A DNA stretch of 64,000 nucleotides. Origin: a virus. Both the position numbers and the translations under genes were made by a program. The notes beneath the pieces are model-generated. The model did not search any database. It was given only the letters and a program-made list of their open reading frames with translations, and was not told where the DNA came from. Where the stretch lies: the IMG/VR virus record IMGVR_UViG_3300025009_000094, positions 2,527 to 66,526 of that record, one strand, 5' to 3'. Positions 18,502 through 26,985 of this stretch are shown piece after piece. How positions within the stretch are numbered: the first letter of the stretch is position 1; each line of letters begins with the position of its first letter.

Positions 18502-19287
18502 GGTGATTGCTCCTTTCTATGTCTGCTATAGCTTGGAGTATTGGGTAATATTGTTGCGGTGGAACTGAATTTCCTATACATTTAAATCGCTCCATCCTAT
18601 GGGGTATCCCATGAGCCACTCTCCGAATTCTGGTTTGGCGTGGCCAAATTCTCCCTTTGTAAAGCGCTCCATCAAAACCATGTGAGGCCATTTTGATTGA
18701 TGATTTTTCATCTGCCTTTGAAGTGTCTCGATGCTCTTGAAGCATTCCTTGTGATCTACGGTCGTTGGCGTGGGCCACAATAAATAACCTAGATCTTTGA
18801 TGAAAGGCTCCGACTGCGTTAGCCCCGTAAGTAGCCCATCCGACAGAGTACCCCAACTCGGACAAATCTCTGAGAATTCCTCTAAAGAATTGTCCAAACT
18901 CGCTTGTGAGTAGCCCTGGTACGTTTTCTCCCAAAACCCATCTTGGTGTAACTTCGCTAATAACACGCCGGTATTCAGGCCAGAGGTCACGCTCATCGTC
19001 AGACGCTTTACGTTTTCCTGCAACGCTATGCGGCTGGCAAGGGAATCCCCCCGATAGGAGTGTAATTTCCTTGATACCTCGTTCTCGAATAGACTCTCCT
19101 GTGACATCTCGAACATCCCTCCATCTTGGCACATCCGGCCAATGCTTTTCTAATACTTTGGTTGGATAATCTGCAAACTCGCATTGACCAACTGACTCAA
19201 ATCCTGCCCATTCTGCCGCTAAATCAATTCCTCCGGTCAAATGCCTGAGAACAAACTAAAATGTGTTAGCTTTTTCTCTATTGGCAT
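18479..19287 (-). CDS. C5 DNA cytosine methyltransferase alpha chain; motif I interrupted by TGA/frameshift at 19235-19239
   Basis: FSGI*...GGIDL, GGFPCQPHS, ENVPG, QRSRLF, IGNSVPP; ATG at 19287 with GGGGTGG RBS. Confidence 0.8.
18574..19134 (-). CDS. overlapping alternative-frame methyltransferase beta chain carrying motif IX
   Basis: LWPTPT...PEFGEWLMGYPIGWSDL; nested in alpha frame as in M.EcoHK31I. Confidence 0.7.
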   Translation of the reverse strand: MCQDGGMFEMSQESLFENEVSRKLHSYRGDSLASRIALQENVKRLTMSVTSGLNTGVLLAKLHQDGFWEKTYQGYSQASLDNSLEEFSEICPSWGTLSDGLLTGLTQSEPFIKDLGYLLWPTPTTVDHKECFKSIETLQRQMKNHQSKWPHMVLMERFTKGEFGHAKPEFGEWLMGYPIGWSDLNV

Positions 19288-19360
19288 ATAAGACCACCCC
19301 CTCTTGTTTTATACTGGTATTGGTGGTATATTAATTTATGGTATTCCACTAATTTAAGGA

Positions 19361-19936
19361 GTGATTATATTGTCAAACAAGTATACTTACACCGCTCCAT
19401 ACACCGAGGAACAACTATTTGACTTATACATAACTAAATCAATGTCTCAGGCTGAAATAGGGGAAATGTTTGGGTTTAGTCAACATAAGGTATGGCGCGA
19501 CCTTAAGCGTATGGGCATCAATTCAAGGACAGCCGTCAAGCGTAATCAACTAGGAGAAAATAATTCATCTTGGAAAGGAGGAAGAACATTAGTTAATTAC
19601 AAAACACCTGATGGTCATAAGTATCTTTCTGATAGAAATGTTACTAAGGGTTACTACATGGTCAGAGATCCTATCCATCCAAACGCTGGTAAAAACGGTT
19701 ATGTCTTTGAGCATATTGCCACTTCGTTGAAGTATGTTGGTAGAGATAGGTTAGAGGCATCGGAATGCGTCCACCACATAAATTTTATTAAAACTGATAA
19801 CCGACCTGAAAATCTCTGTGTAATCTCTAAGGAAAAGCATAGGGAGTATCACGGAAAACTGGAGAACGTCATCGGAGAGTTATTTGATAATGGAATAGTT
19901 GGTTTTGATTCCGAGCTGGGCTACTTTGTCAAGTAG
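19361..19936 (+). CDS. HNH homing endonuclease with N-terminal HTH, antisense to the operon
   Basis: SWKGG, HPNA..GYVFEH, ECVHHINFIKTDNRPENL...HREYH. Confidence 0.9.
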   Translation: MIILSNKYTYTAPYTEEQLFDLYITKSMSQAEIGEMFGFSQHKVWRDLKRMGINSRTAVKRNQLGENNSSWKGGRTLVNYKTPDGHKYLSDRNVTKGYYMVRDPIHPNAGKNGYVFEHIATSLKYVGRDRLEASECVHHINFIKTDNRPENLCVISKEKHREYHGKLENVIGELFDNGIVGFDSELGYFVK

Positions 19937-20005
19937 TCCTTTTCTTTGCGCTAAATCTATGCCACCAATTCCCGAAAACAAACTAAAGTGTGTTAAGTTG
20001 CTCAA
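19880..20005 (-). pseudogene. orphan 5' end of the methyltransferase (intact motif I) truncated by the HNH insertion
   Basis: TTG overlapping upstream TGA; MSNLTHFSLFSGIGGIDLA then runs into HNH antisense and stops after 41 aa. Confidence 0.8.
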
Positions 20006-20322
20006 TACCTATCCCCAACCTTCTTAGACTTCTCCGCCCAATTAACACAGTCAATCCTTGAGAACATCGGATTGAACGGCTCCCCAACTCTCCCCCTGCC
20101 AACATAATCCATCACTACAGCCTTCATCCTGCCCTCATCCTTATCCTCACCCCGAACCGTATTACCGCACCGCATTAGCTCTGTAAAATCAGCCTTATTT
20201 CGCTTAATGCGTTCCTCGATAACCTTCTTCCCCTGCTCGATTTTGTAGGCTTGGATTTCGCGATTAATCCAGCCTATTTTTGATGCTTGGTATCCGATAG
20301 CCTTGGCGAATCGTTCTAACAT
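20002..20322 (-). CDS. hypothetical protein
   Basis: 106-aa ORF in operon. Confidence 0.55.
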   Translation of the reverse strand: MLERFAKAIGYQASKIGWINREIQAYKIEQGKKVIEERIKRNKADFTELMRCGNTVRGEDKDEGRMKAVVMDYVGRGRVGEPFNPMFSRIDCVNWAEKSKKVGDRY

Positions 20323-20552
20323 CTTGAACCCGCCTTCCTCTTCCGCTTATTCCTCACCCTCGCCACTTTTGGCACAATCGTCTGTCTAGAACATTCTCCC
20401 TGACAAAATGGAAACATTAAATTAGTGAACCATATCCCCTCTGTGCTAATCTCCCATACGCGAGAGCATTGGCAGACTGTCTTAATTTCTCCGTCTGGAA
20501 AGTTCATTGTGCGACCACATAGGCAGGTTTGAGTTGGTTGTGGTTGTACCAT
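20316..20552 (-). CDS. small Zn-ribbon protein
   Basis: CLCG...CQCS; AAGGAGG RBS before MVQPQ. Confidence 0.55.
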   Translation of the reverse strand: MVQPQPTQTCLCGRTMNFPDGEIKTVCQCSRVWEISTEGIWFTNLMFPFCQGECSRQTIVPKVARVRNKRKRKAGSRC

Positions 20553-20574
20553 TTGGCATCCCTCCTTAGTTTTA

Positions 20575-20856
20575 TTAAAGAGTAGAATCGCTACCAAGCA
20601 ACTTCTCGATATTCAACCTCACCGCAAAGATAGCGGCTAATTCCTTCGCGAATTCTTCATCCTCCGCCTTGAGATTATCCATGATTGCTCCCATTTCTGA
20701 TCGAACATCCTTCAGGACAGCTTCCTCTTCCCTTAGTCCGGTCAGTGTGTTTTGGAGTCCTGAGAGAAGATTAGTTTTTCGAGTCCTGGATTGTGTACCT
20801 TTTAATAAAACCTTCTCGATTGAACCACTTACCTTTTTAGCTGGTAATAAATTCAT
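20575..20856 (-). CDS. coiled-coil hypothetical protein
   Basis: AGGAGG/AAGGA RBS, heptad pattern. Confidence 0.55.
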   Translation of the reverse strand: MNLLPAKKVSGSIEKVLLKGTQSRTRKTNLLSGLQNTLTGLREEEAVLKDVRSEMGAIMDNLKAEDEEFAKELAAIFAVRLNIEKLLGSDSTL

Positions 20857-20875
20857 TTCCTTTTCCTCCTAAAAT

Positions 20876-21058
20876 TTATTTAATCAGTTTAGATGTAAAA
20901 ACTTTCACTTGACCATCAGTTAACTGCACCGACTTCAGAACATCCTTAAAGCTTGGAATGGACTTCGAGTTGATGCGTTGTTCCTCCTGATACTTCAACC
21001 TACGAGCTGTGTCTTTACGCAATAACTTCGCCCCTTTATGGTGATGCAATGTGATCAC
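20876..21058 (-). CDS. hypothetical protein
   Basis: 60-aa ORF in operon. Confidence 0.45.
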   Translation of the reverse strand: MITLHHHKGAKLLRKDTARRLKYQEEQRINSKSIPSFKDVLKSVQLTDGQVKVFTSKLIK

Positions 21059-21061
21059 TCC

Positions 21062-21310
21062 TTAATATGCGTTTCTCCCGATCAAACTACGCATTTGAGC
21101 AAACAACTTCGCCATTGGATTACCTGAGCTACCGAGATGAGAGATAACCTTGTCCGTTGTCTCTCGCTTCTCCTTGCGCGTTTCCTTCTTGCCACCCCAA
21201 ACGAACTTTTGCACAAAACGGGGTTGAACTGACTCGATGTACTCCCAATAGGATAGGCCACGTGATTTGGCTGCTTGACTGATTTGGTTGGATGGATTGT
21301 TAGATTTCAA
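21062..21310 (-). CDS. hypothetical protein
   Basis: 82-aa ORF coupled to upstream gene. Confidence 0.5.
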   Translation of the reverse strand: MKSNNPSNQISQAAKSRGLSYWEYIESVQPRFVQKFVWGGKKETRKEKRETTDKVISHLGSSGNPMAKLFAQMRSLIGRNAY

Positions 21311-21999
21311 TTTGATTCCTCGCTTTCCCCATTTGTAATAACATCGCTCAAGTCGATCTGCTCTTTAGCTAATTGAATAGCAAGTTTATACACTCTTTCG
21401 TGCCTTGTTCCTGCGTGGGTATCGATAACAGATTTTTCAAAATCATCTATGCTCCCAAGGAAGCAGCCACAAACAACGTGAATATGGTTTGTCTTGACTC
21501 GAAAAAATGTTGTGAATCCATTTCGTGATCCGATAGCCCCGAGTTGAAATAGGTGGTTTACCTTAGACACCCGAGCATTGCCAGAAACCTGAGCATCGCC
21601 AAACACCCGAGCATTGCCAAACACCCGAGCATTGCCAGAAACCTGAGCATTGCCAAACACCCGAGCATTGCCAGAAACCTGAGCATCGCCAGACACCCGA
21701 GCATTGCCAAAAACCTGAGCATCGCCAGAAACCTGAGCATTGCCAAACACCCGAGCATTGCCAGAAACCTGAGCATCGCCAGACACCCGAGCATTGCCAA
21801 AAACCTGAGCATCGCCAGACACCCAAGCATCGCCAGACACCCAAGCATCGCCAGACTGATCAACATTTTCTTCCTTCTCGACATATCCACCTAGTTCTCC
21901 AAGTTCCACGTTGCCGAATTTGATGAGGGCCTTAATCCTAAAAAGTTTTCTGCCTAAAAAGGTCACGAACTCACTTGTTAATTCAAATTTCTTTTGCAT
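21307..21999 (-). CDS. phage hexapeptide-repeat (left-handed beta-helix) protein
   Basis: LFRIKAL...GELGGYVEKEEN, about 16 x V[SF]G[DN]A[RQW], then FFR...CGCF. Confidence 0.85.
   Translation of the reverse strand: MQKKFELTSEFVTFLGRKLFRIKALIKFGNVELGELGGYVEKEENVDQSGDAWVSGDAWVSGDAQVFGNARVSGDAQVSGNARVFGNAQVSGDAQVFGNARVSGDAQVSGNARVFGNAQVSGNARVFGNARVFGDAQVSGNARVSKVNHLFQLGAIGSRNGFTTFFRVKTNHIHVVCGCFLGSIDDFEKSVIDTHAGTRHERVYKLAIQLAKEQIDLSDVITNGESEESN
21566..21855. repeat. 18-bp coding tandem repeat
   Basis: variants of ACACCCGAGCATTGCCAG / AAACCTGAGCATCGCCAG. Confidence 0.9.
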
Positions 22000-22330
22000 T
22001 TAATTCACTTTCTTTCATTTAATTTAGACCTGTACCCTACTTTGCTAACTTCTTAGATTTGGCATCAACCGCCGCCCAGTAGCCAAGCCCTCCCTTGTTC
22101 TCGCGTAATCTACGCTCTATTGCTTTTAATTCCTCAGCCTTAGTCATTGACGCTAGTGATTTACTCATTCAAATTCCTTCTTTCTCTTAATTAATACCTC
22201 GTTAAAATCCCATGACTAATCTCTGCCACTCGGATAACATCCGATAGACTTGTCCTACGCTTAAAACTAATGTTGTTGACCATAATGTCAGTCGTGGTTA
22301 GGTCCATGAGGTGTGCGAATTGGGTTGTGG

Positions 22331-23134
22331 TTAGCGGACCTGTACGAGATTCGAGGATTGTTCTGAGCATTGGGCTGATCCTCCCTTGAATTTATTAATA
22401 AAGTAGACCATCCCTTTTCCTGTAACTTTTGTGGTCGTCGTAGCCCTAACGCTTCCGTCTGGATTATTGATAGTTCGCTTTTTGATCTCGAACAGTCCAA
22501 GTTCCATACTGTATTGAGTTGGTTGGTTGAAACTCTCACCTTTCTTTTTGATGAGGTATCCTTCTTCGCGAAGTTTTTCAAACAAACGATTCTGCCCAAC
22601 TTCAATTCCGTTTTGCCTGAGTATTTTAGCAAGTTCACCGATGAGGATCGTGTTATTCGATACTTCCAGGGCTTCAGCAAAGATAACCTTCGGACGTTGG
22701 GCTTCAAGTTGAAGGGTAAGTGATTTGGTTTGCTCTGCCTCAATAATCCACGCCTTTGCTCTTTCTATTGGGTCTTCAATCATGTAGGAGTCGTTTGCAC
22801 GTAATAGTTTTACTGCGTAATAATCGTCAACCAGCATTTCGTATGCTTCCCACGCTTTGTCAGTGTTCAAGGATTTTGCATGAAGCCACGCTCCTTTTTC
22901 GGGCCATAGATAGAGCTTGTTAATATTCGGCGGCAAATCAATTTGATTTTTTGCCCTAAAATCCTTTAGTGCTGCGCCTTCGAGTAAAATATAATGCTTT
23001 CCTTCGGTATACCGTTCTTTGTTGCGATTAAAGTTGTTTACTATAAGTTGAGCGTCAGACTCGTATGATTCCGCTAATTGAGACGTGGTTAGAATTCTTT
23101 GTCCTTGATATTCGATTGGAATTAAATTACTCAT
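22331..23134 (-). CDS. phage antirepressor (ORF6N + ANT/KilAC)
   Basis: RILTTSQLAESY...LYLWPEKGAWLHAKSL; PKVIFAEAL...GQNRLF...TKVTGKG. Confidence 0.9.
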   Translation of the reverse strand: MSNLIPIEYQGQRILTTSQLAESYESDAQLIVNNFNRNKERYTEGKHYILLEGAALKDFRAKNQIDLPPNINKLYLWPEKGAWLHAKSLNTDKAWEAYEMLVDDYYAVKLLRANDSYMIEDPIERAKAWIIEAEQTKSLTLQLEAQRPKVIFAEALEVSNNTILIGELAKILRQNGIEVGQNRLFEKLREEGYLIKKKGESFNQPTQYSMELGLFEIKKRTINNPDGSVRATTTTKVTGKGMVYFINKFKGGSAQCSEQSSNLVQVR

Positions 23135-23426
23135 GCCTGTCCTCCCCATTCGCTACACTACCCTCGATACTGAGTTGCAAAAACTCCAAGTCTCGCACCT
23201 GCTTTTTCAGCGACGAAATCTTTTCGCCGATCATCGAATTAATAAGAAATGCTGAACTTGCCTTATGTGTCAACGAGTTATTATTAAATGTCTGATGAAC
23301 ATACTGGCGACTAACCCCGTACCTTTCGGCAACATCGCCGCCATTAAAACCCGTCAGTCGTTTGAACTCATCCACTAGTGTTTTCTCCGTTGTCTTCACC
23401 TCCTTGACGAAACGATTCCAAAACAT
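23127..23426 (-). CDS. HTH-like hypothetical protein
   Basis: DVAERYGVSRQYVHQ. Confidence 0.55.
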   Translation of the reverse strand: MFWNRFVKEVKTTEKTLVDEFKRLTGFNGGDVAERYGVSRQYVHQTFNNNSLTHKASSAFLINSMIGEKISSLKKQVRDLEFLQLSIEGSVANGEDRHE

Positions 23427-23820
23427 TCATTTTCTAATACTTTTTTGCAAATTTGTAATAAATTAATTGAAAAACCTCTTGTAAAGCTAGTTCAAATGAT
23501 GTATATTAGACACAGTTAAACAAGAGCGTAGCAAACAAGCCCCTTGGGTTACGGTAGTGTTTAATGCAGGTACTTCAATACCTGAATCGTTCGTTGGGAC
23601 GGACAAATTATTTAGAGCTTAGGCTCACTAGGCATATTCTCGTTCTCACAATGTTGGTAGCATTGTTAGGATGGGAATGTGCCAAACTGGTAAACAAATC
23701 TGAATGCGATCAATCTTCCTCTTTTTGCCTGGTAAGCATTAAGGGGATGATTGTGGTTGAAAAGATTTACGAAAGTAAGAATAAAATAATGCGCTAGGCT
23801 TGATATCCTAGCTTCATTGG

Positions 23821-24339
23821 CTAACACTTGATACTCGTTAGGTCATCCTTGTCCATTGGTCTGAAGTCTCCGAAGTATTTGATCTCAGCTTCCTTTCGGA
23901 CAGCTATGGCATCTTCGATATTTCTAAATGTTCCCAAATATTTATTCTTCCCCCCTGTCCCTATCATAACCACCCATTTTCCTTGATTTTTAATAACTCC
24001 CGTTGTTCCTGATGTGTTATTAGAATGGGTACTCCTGTTTCTATAGTTTTCAGTAGGTGTACAAATTCTTAAATTGCTTCTCCGGTTATCCAATGCGTTT
24101 CGGTTTATGTGGTCTATCTGCATACCGACAGGGGCATCAATTAGCCACCCTTGGAGTCCTTTTTTACCTCCAGTAACGCGTACTCGGCGATATGGGTGCT
24201 TATACGCCCTCCATGAAGCCGTAAGCTCCATAACTCGTGGCAAGTCATCCGTATCAATGATTGCTTCATAGCTAACATCATCACACGTCTTTAGGAATAC
24301 AACCGTGATATCTCCTGCAATAACAAAACAGTTTTTCAT
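23821..24339 (-). CDS. HNH endonuclease with C-terminal AP2 domain
   Basis: IDHINRNALDNRRSNLR; NTSGTTGV...YLGTF...AIAVRKEAE. Confidence 0.9.
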   Translation of the reverse strand: MKNCFVIAGDITVVFLKTCDDVSYEAIIDTDDLPRVMELTASWRAYKHPYRRVRVTGGKKGLQGWLIDAPVGMQIDHINRNALDNRRSNLRICTPTENYRNRSTHSNNTSGTTGVIKNQGKWVVMIGTGGKNKYLGTFRNIEDAIAVRKEAEIKYFGDFRPMDKDDLTSIKC

Positions 24340-24554
24340 TATTCCTCCTTAAACAAATCTGCCATACTGCATCCGAGGACCTTAGCCAACTTACCCAAGA
24401 ACTTAACAGTTGGCATCTTCTTTCCTCTGATCGTGTCGCTAATTGGAGGGTTAGACACTCCTGCTAGTCTTGCTAACTCAAACTGCTTCAGGCCCCTTTG
24501 ATCCATATACTTCTTTACGTTCTTTCCGACCACAGAAGTCTCTAATGTTTGCAT
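24339..24554 (-). CDS. Cro-like XRE HTH regulator
   Basis: LKQFELARLAGVS...ISD...KLAKVLGCS; first gene of leftward operon. Confidence 0.85.
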   Translation of the reverse strand: MQTLETSVVGKNVKKYMDQRGLKQFELARLAGVSNPPISDTIRGKKMPTVKFLGKLAKVLGCSMADLFKEE

Positions 24555-24584
24555 TTTTATAATTCACCACCTATCTATTCTCTA

Positions 24585-24664
24585 TTAGCGAACGTCCTGT
24601 TAAAAAATATGGGACGTTCGCTTGTCCATAGTTATATTATATTCGCTAATGGATAATTAGTCAA
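24585..24664 (-). promoter_or_regulatory. genetic switch: sigma-A promoter for cro plus operator-like repeats
   Basis: minus-strand TTGACT-17-TATAAT (24664-24636); ATTAGCGAA/TTCGCTAAT copies; inverted repeat AGCGAACGTCC...GGACGTTCGCT. Confidence 0.7.
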
Positions 24665-24694
24665 CAGATATTCTACTATAGATAAAGATTATTT

Positions 24695-25144
24695 ATGACG
24701 TTTTGTTTAAGGAAATTTATTGGGCATACTACTACTGTAATAATTGATAAGGAGGTGATTAAAATAAACATCGGGGAAAAGGTTAGGTATTTACGAGAGA
24801 TACGCGGATACTCACTGACCAAGCTTTCTGAGTTAAGCGATGTCTCGCTTCCTTATTTAAGCGAAATTGAGAACCACAAGAAGACTCCCTCGAATAAAGC
24901 GTTAACAAAAATAGCCAAAACCCTCAATGCCAACACGTGGTTCTTTATGGATGACAATGCGTTAAGCTTTGAGGAGATGATAAAGCTATCAGATTATGAA
25001 CCGCCGGAGGATATTGTTGAATTCTTCGCTACGCGCGAAAGTCTACCTTACGCTATACTTGCCCGCGAATTTCATGATGAAAAAATAGACCCAATTTTCC
25101 TCCGCGAACTCCTAGAGTCAATCAAGAAAATGAAATCTAAATAG
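24695..25144 (+). CDS. cI-like XRE repressor (start possibly ATA at 24764)
   Basis: IGEKVRYLREIRGYSLTKLSELSDVSLPYLSEIEN; divergent from cro; GGAGGTG RBS at 24751. Confidence 0.85.
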   Translation: MTFCLRKFIGHTTTVIIDKEVIKINIGEKVRYLREIRGYSLTKLSELSDVSLPYLSEIENHKKTPSNKALTKIAKTLNANTWFFMDDNALSFEEMIKLSDYEPPEDIVEFFATRESLPYAILAREFHDEKIDPIFLRELLESIKKMKSK

Positions 25145-25337
25145 CATATATTTATTACGAATATACTGATTCCTCAGTCGGAATATAAGGTATATTCTAT
25201 TTTTTTTGAGTATTAATAGATAAAATGTAATATCAAATCAGAATTATTGTTTCGATGACCCCCTAAAAGAATTTAGTTATATTGTATCATAATGGTAATA
25301 GTGGTAATTATTCTGACAAGAAAGGAAGTTTTGCTGT

Positions 25338-25550
25338 GTGGTAGTTGCAAAGGATTTGGGGGGATACTTTCATTATGTGGTAGTTGATAAGGATTTAGTT
25401 CTGGTTGATCCATCGTACATGCAGGAGTATTTAGAAAAGCATCAGGTCGAGAAATTACCGTTCCGCAAGAGAAGGCCTATGTTGTGTATTGCCCTTAAAG
25501 CATTGGTCTGTGTTTATGTCGTTGGCGTAGTGATTCACATTATTCTTTGA
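25338..25550 (+). CDS. small protein with C-terminal TM helix; paralog of 38785-38958
   Basis: AAAGGAAG RBS; DLGGYFHYVVVDKDLVLVDPSYMQE. Confidence 0.6.
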   Translation: MVVAKDLGGYFHYVVVDKDLVLVDPSYMQEYLEKHQVEKLPFRKRRPMLCIALKALVCVYVVGVVIHIIL

Positions 25551-25555
25551 AATTT

Positions 25556-25583
25556 GAAGGATTGAAAGGTTAACCTGTCGAAT
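25556..25583 (+). promoter_or_regulatory. sigma-H-like promoter overlapping a Spo0A-box heptamer
   Basis: GAAGGATTG-12 nt-GTCGAAT vs consensus RNAGGAWWW-11/12-RNNGAAT; TGTCGAA at 25576-25582. Confidence 0.55.
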
Positions 25584-25723
25584 TAGGCATAAGGGAAACC
25601 CCCTGAGACTCCACCGCCAAAGTGATTCTCAAGGGGCTTACTAGACAGGGGTAACCTGTGCTTTATGTTGTGATTACATTATAAGGCATAAGGTCAACCC
25701 TTGTCTATCCTAAATGGATTTGA

Positions 25724-26140
25724 TTGGGGTTTTTTATTGTGCAAAAAGATATTCCTAAAATGTCATCCGAGTACAAGTCTGATTTACTCATACATGACGG
25801 GCACCTGGTCGTCATTCAGGAGAGGCTAGTTAAGGTTCTAGGACTCGATAAAGCCGTGTTCGTACAAAAGCTACACTATTGGCTCAACACTGAATCGGGG
25901 GTCGTTATAGACCGCAGGAGATGGGTGTATAACACCTATGAACAATGGCGCAAACAATCTCCCTGGTGGTCAGCCATGACAATAAGGAGAATGGTTAAGG
26001 ACCTTGAGGGGTTAGGGGTAGTTGTTAGCGTTGAATTAAACGGAGATAAGGGAGATCATACCAAGTGGTACACCATTGATTATGGCAAGTTAAACAAGTT
26101 ATGGGAAGACTATTTAGAGAAGAATAGTGAGCATTTATAG
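25724..26140 (+). CDS. short wHTH replication initiator (Rep)
   Basis: AVFVQKLHYWL...RWVYNTYEQW...WWSAMTIRR...TKWYTIDY; immediately followed by origin. Confidence 0.75.
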   Translation: MGFFIVQKDIPKMSSEYKSDLLIHDGHLVVIQERLVKVLGLDKAVFVQKLHYWLNTESGVVIDRRRWVYNTYEQWRKQSPWWSAMTIRRMVKDLEGLGVVVSVELNGDKGDHTKWYTIDYGKLNKLWEDYLEKNSEHL

Positions 26141-26152
26141 GGGTTGCAGGAC

Positions 26153-26309
26153 TTATCCACAGGTGATAGTGGTCGTCTGATCAAAATGAACAGACGGTGC
26201 CTGATCAAAATGAACAGACGCGTCTGATCAAAATGAACAGATCTACTAATACATAAATAACTACGCATAAATAACTTATACATATTATCTTAACAATGAG
26301 TTATCCACA
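26153..26309. other. plasmid-type replication origin
   Basis: TTATCCACA at 26153-26161 and 26301-26309; CTGATCAAAATGAACAGA x3 at 26177, 26201, 26224; AT-rich CATAAATAACT x2. Confidence 0.85.
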
Positions 26310-26325
26310 GGGGAGATGAAATATT

Positions 26326-26871
26326 ATGTATTTAACGCTAAAGCAGATAGCAGAGAGAGCTGGAATTGGAGCCAGCCTTGCCGCCTTCTACCGTGATCGA
26401 TTTGGAGAATATCTAAAAGTATCGGGTGAAGGACGGAATCGTAAGTACGATGAGTCAAATATCGAACTATTTATGCTTGTCGCTCGACATTACAAAGAAG
26501 GTTTAGACTACGACCAAATAAAGCAGAACCTTGATAATAAGTATGGATACTCCGTGCCGAATTCAACTGAATTAGCAGGGAACAGTAATACAAAAGTAGC
26601 CCAACAAGAAGATTTAGCGCATACTATCCGTCACGTCCTCCTCGAAGAACTTACTAAGCAGAATAGAATTATCCTCCAACTACAAGAGGAACTCGATGAT
26701 ATGAGGGCAGAGTTTAATGAAGGGTTTGCAGGGGTCAATAAGAAGGTCGAGGATGGACATAGGGACGTAGAGAGTAGGGACATTGAGGTATTACAACGAC
26801 TCAATGATATTAAAGTGATACAACAACAACGCAATAAGCCGCTATGGAGGAGGATATTCAACCGGACATGA
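26326..26871 (+). CDS. MerR-like HTH + coiled coil + C-terminal amphipathic helix (pSK1 Par/RacA-like segregation protein)
   Basis: LTLKQIAERAGI...GRNRKY; coiled coil; KPLWRRIF end. Confidence 0.7.
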   Translation: MYLTLKQIAERAGIGASLAAFYRDRFGEYLKVSGEGRNRKYDESNIELFMLVARHYKEGLDYDQIKQNLDNKYGYSVPNSTELAGNSNTKVAQQEDLAHTIRHVLLEELTKQNRIILQLQEELDDMRAEFNEGFAGVNKKVEDGHRDVESRDIEVLQRLNDIKVIQQQRNKPLWRRIFNRT

Positions 26872-26985
26872 TATGTCTGGTTTCTTTTTTGCATAAATTT
26901 AACAGGAATAACGGACAAATAGTAAGGAGTATTGATAATCATTAAACGTTTATTGAGACGTTGAAGGGATGGTGTTAAACGTTGA

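Noticed and set aside
19220-19950. Group I intron removing the HNH from the methyltransferase
   Set aside because: Almost no non-coding sequence is available for a ribozyme core, and the ORF is antisense.
21553-21894. CRISPR array or extra repetitive ORFs (ARHPSI, LAMLGC, GVWRCS frames)
   Set aside because: Contiguous 18-bp units without unique spacers; the extra ORFs are shadows of the hexapeptide-repeat gene.
26177-26241. Mini-CRISPR, or read-through extension of rep
   Set aside because: Gaps are only 5-6 nt, DnaA boxes flank the repeats, and the rep frame hits another stop in the third repeat; iterons fit better.
26885-26930. Sigma-F/G/E promoter before ftsK (GCATA...GGACAAATAGTA)
   Set aside because: Spacing does not fit any of the consensus sequences.
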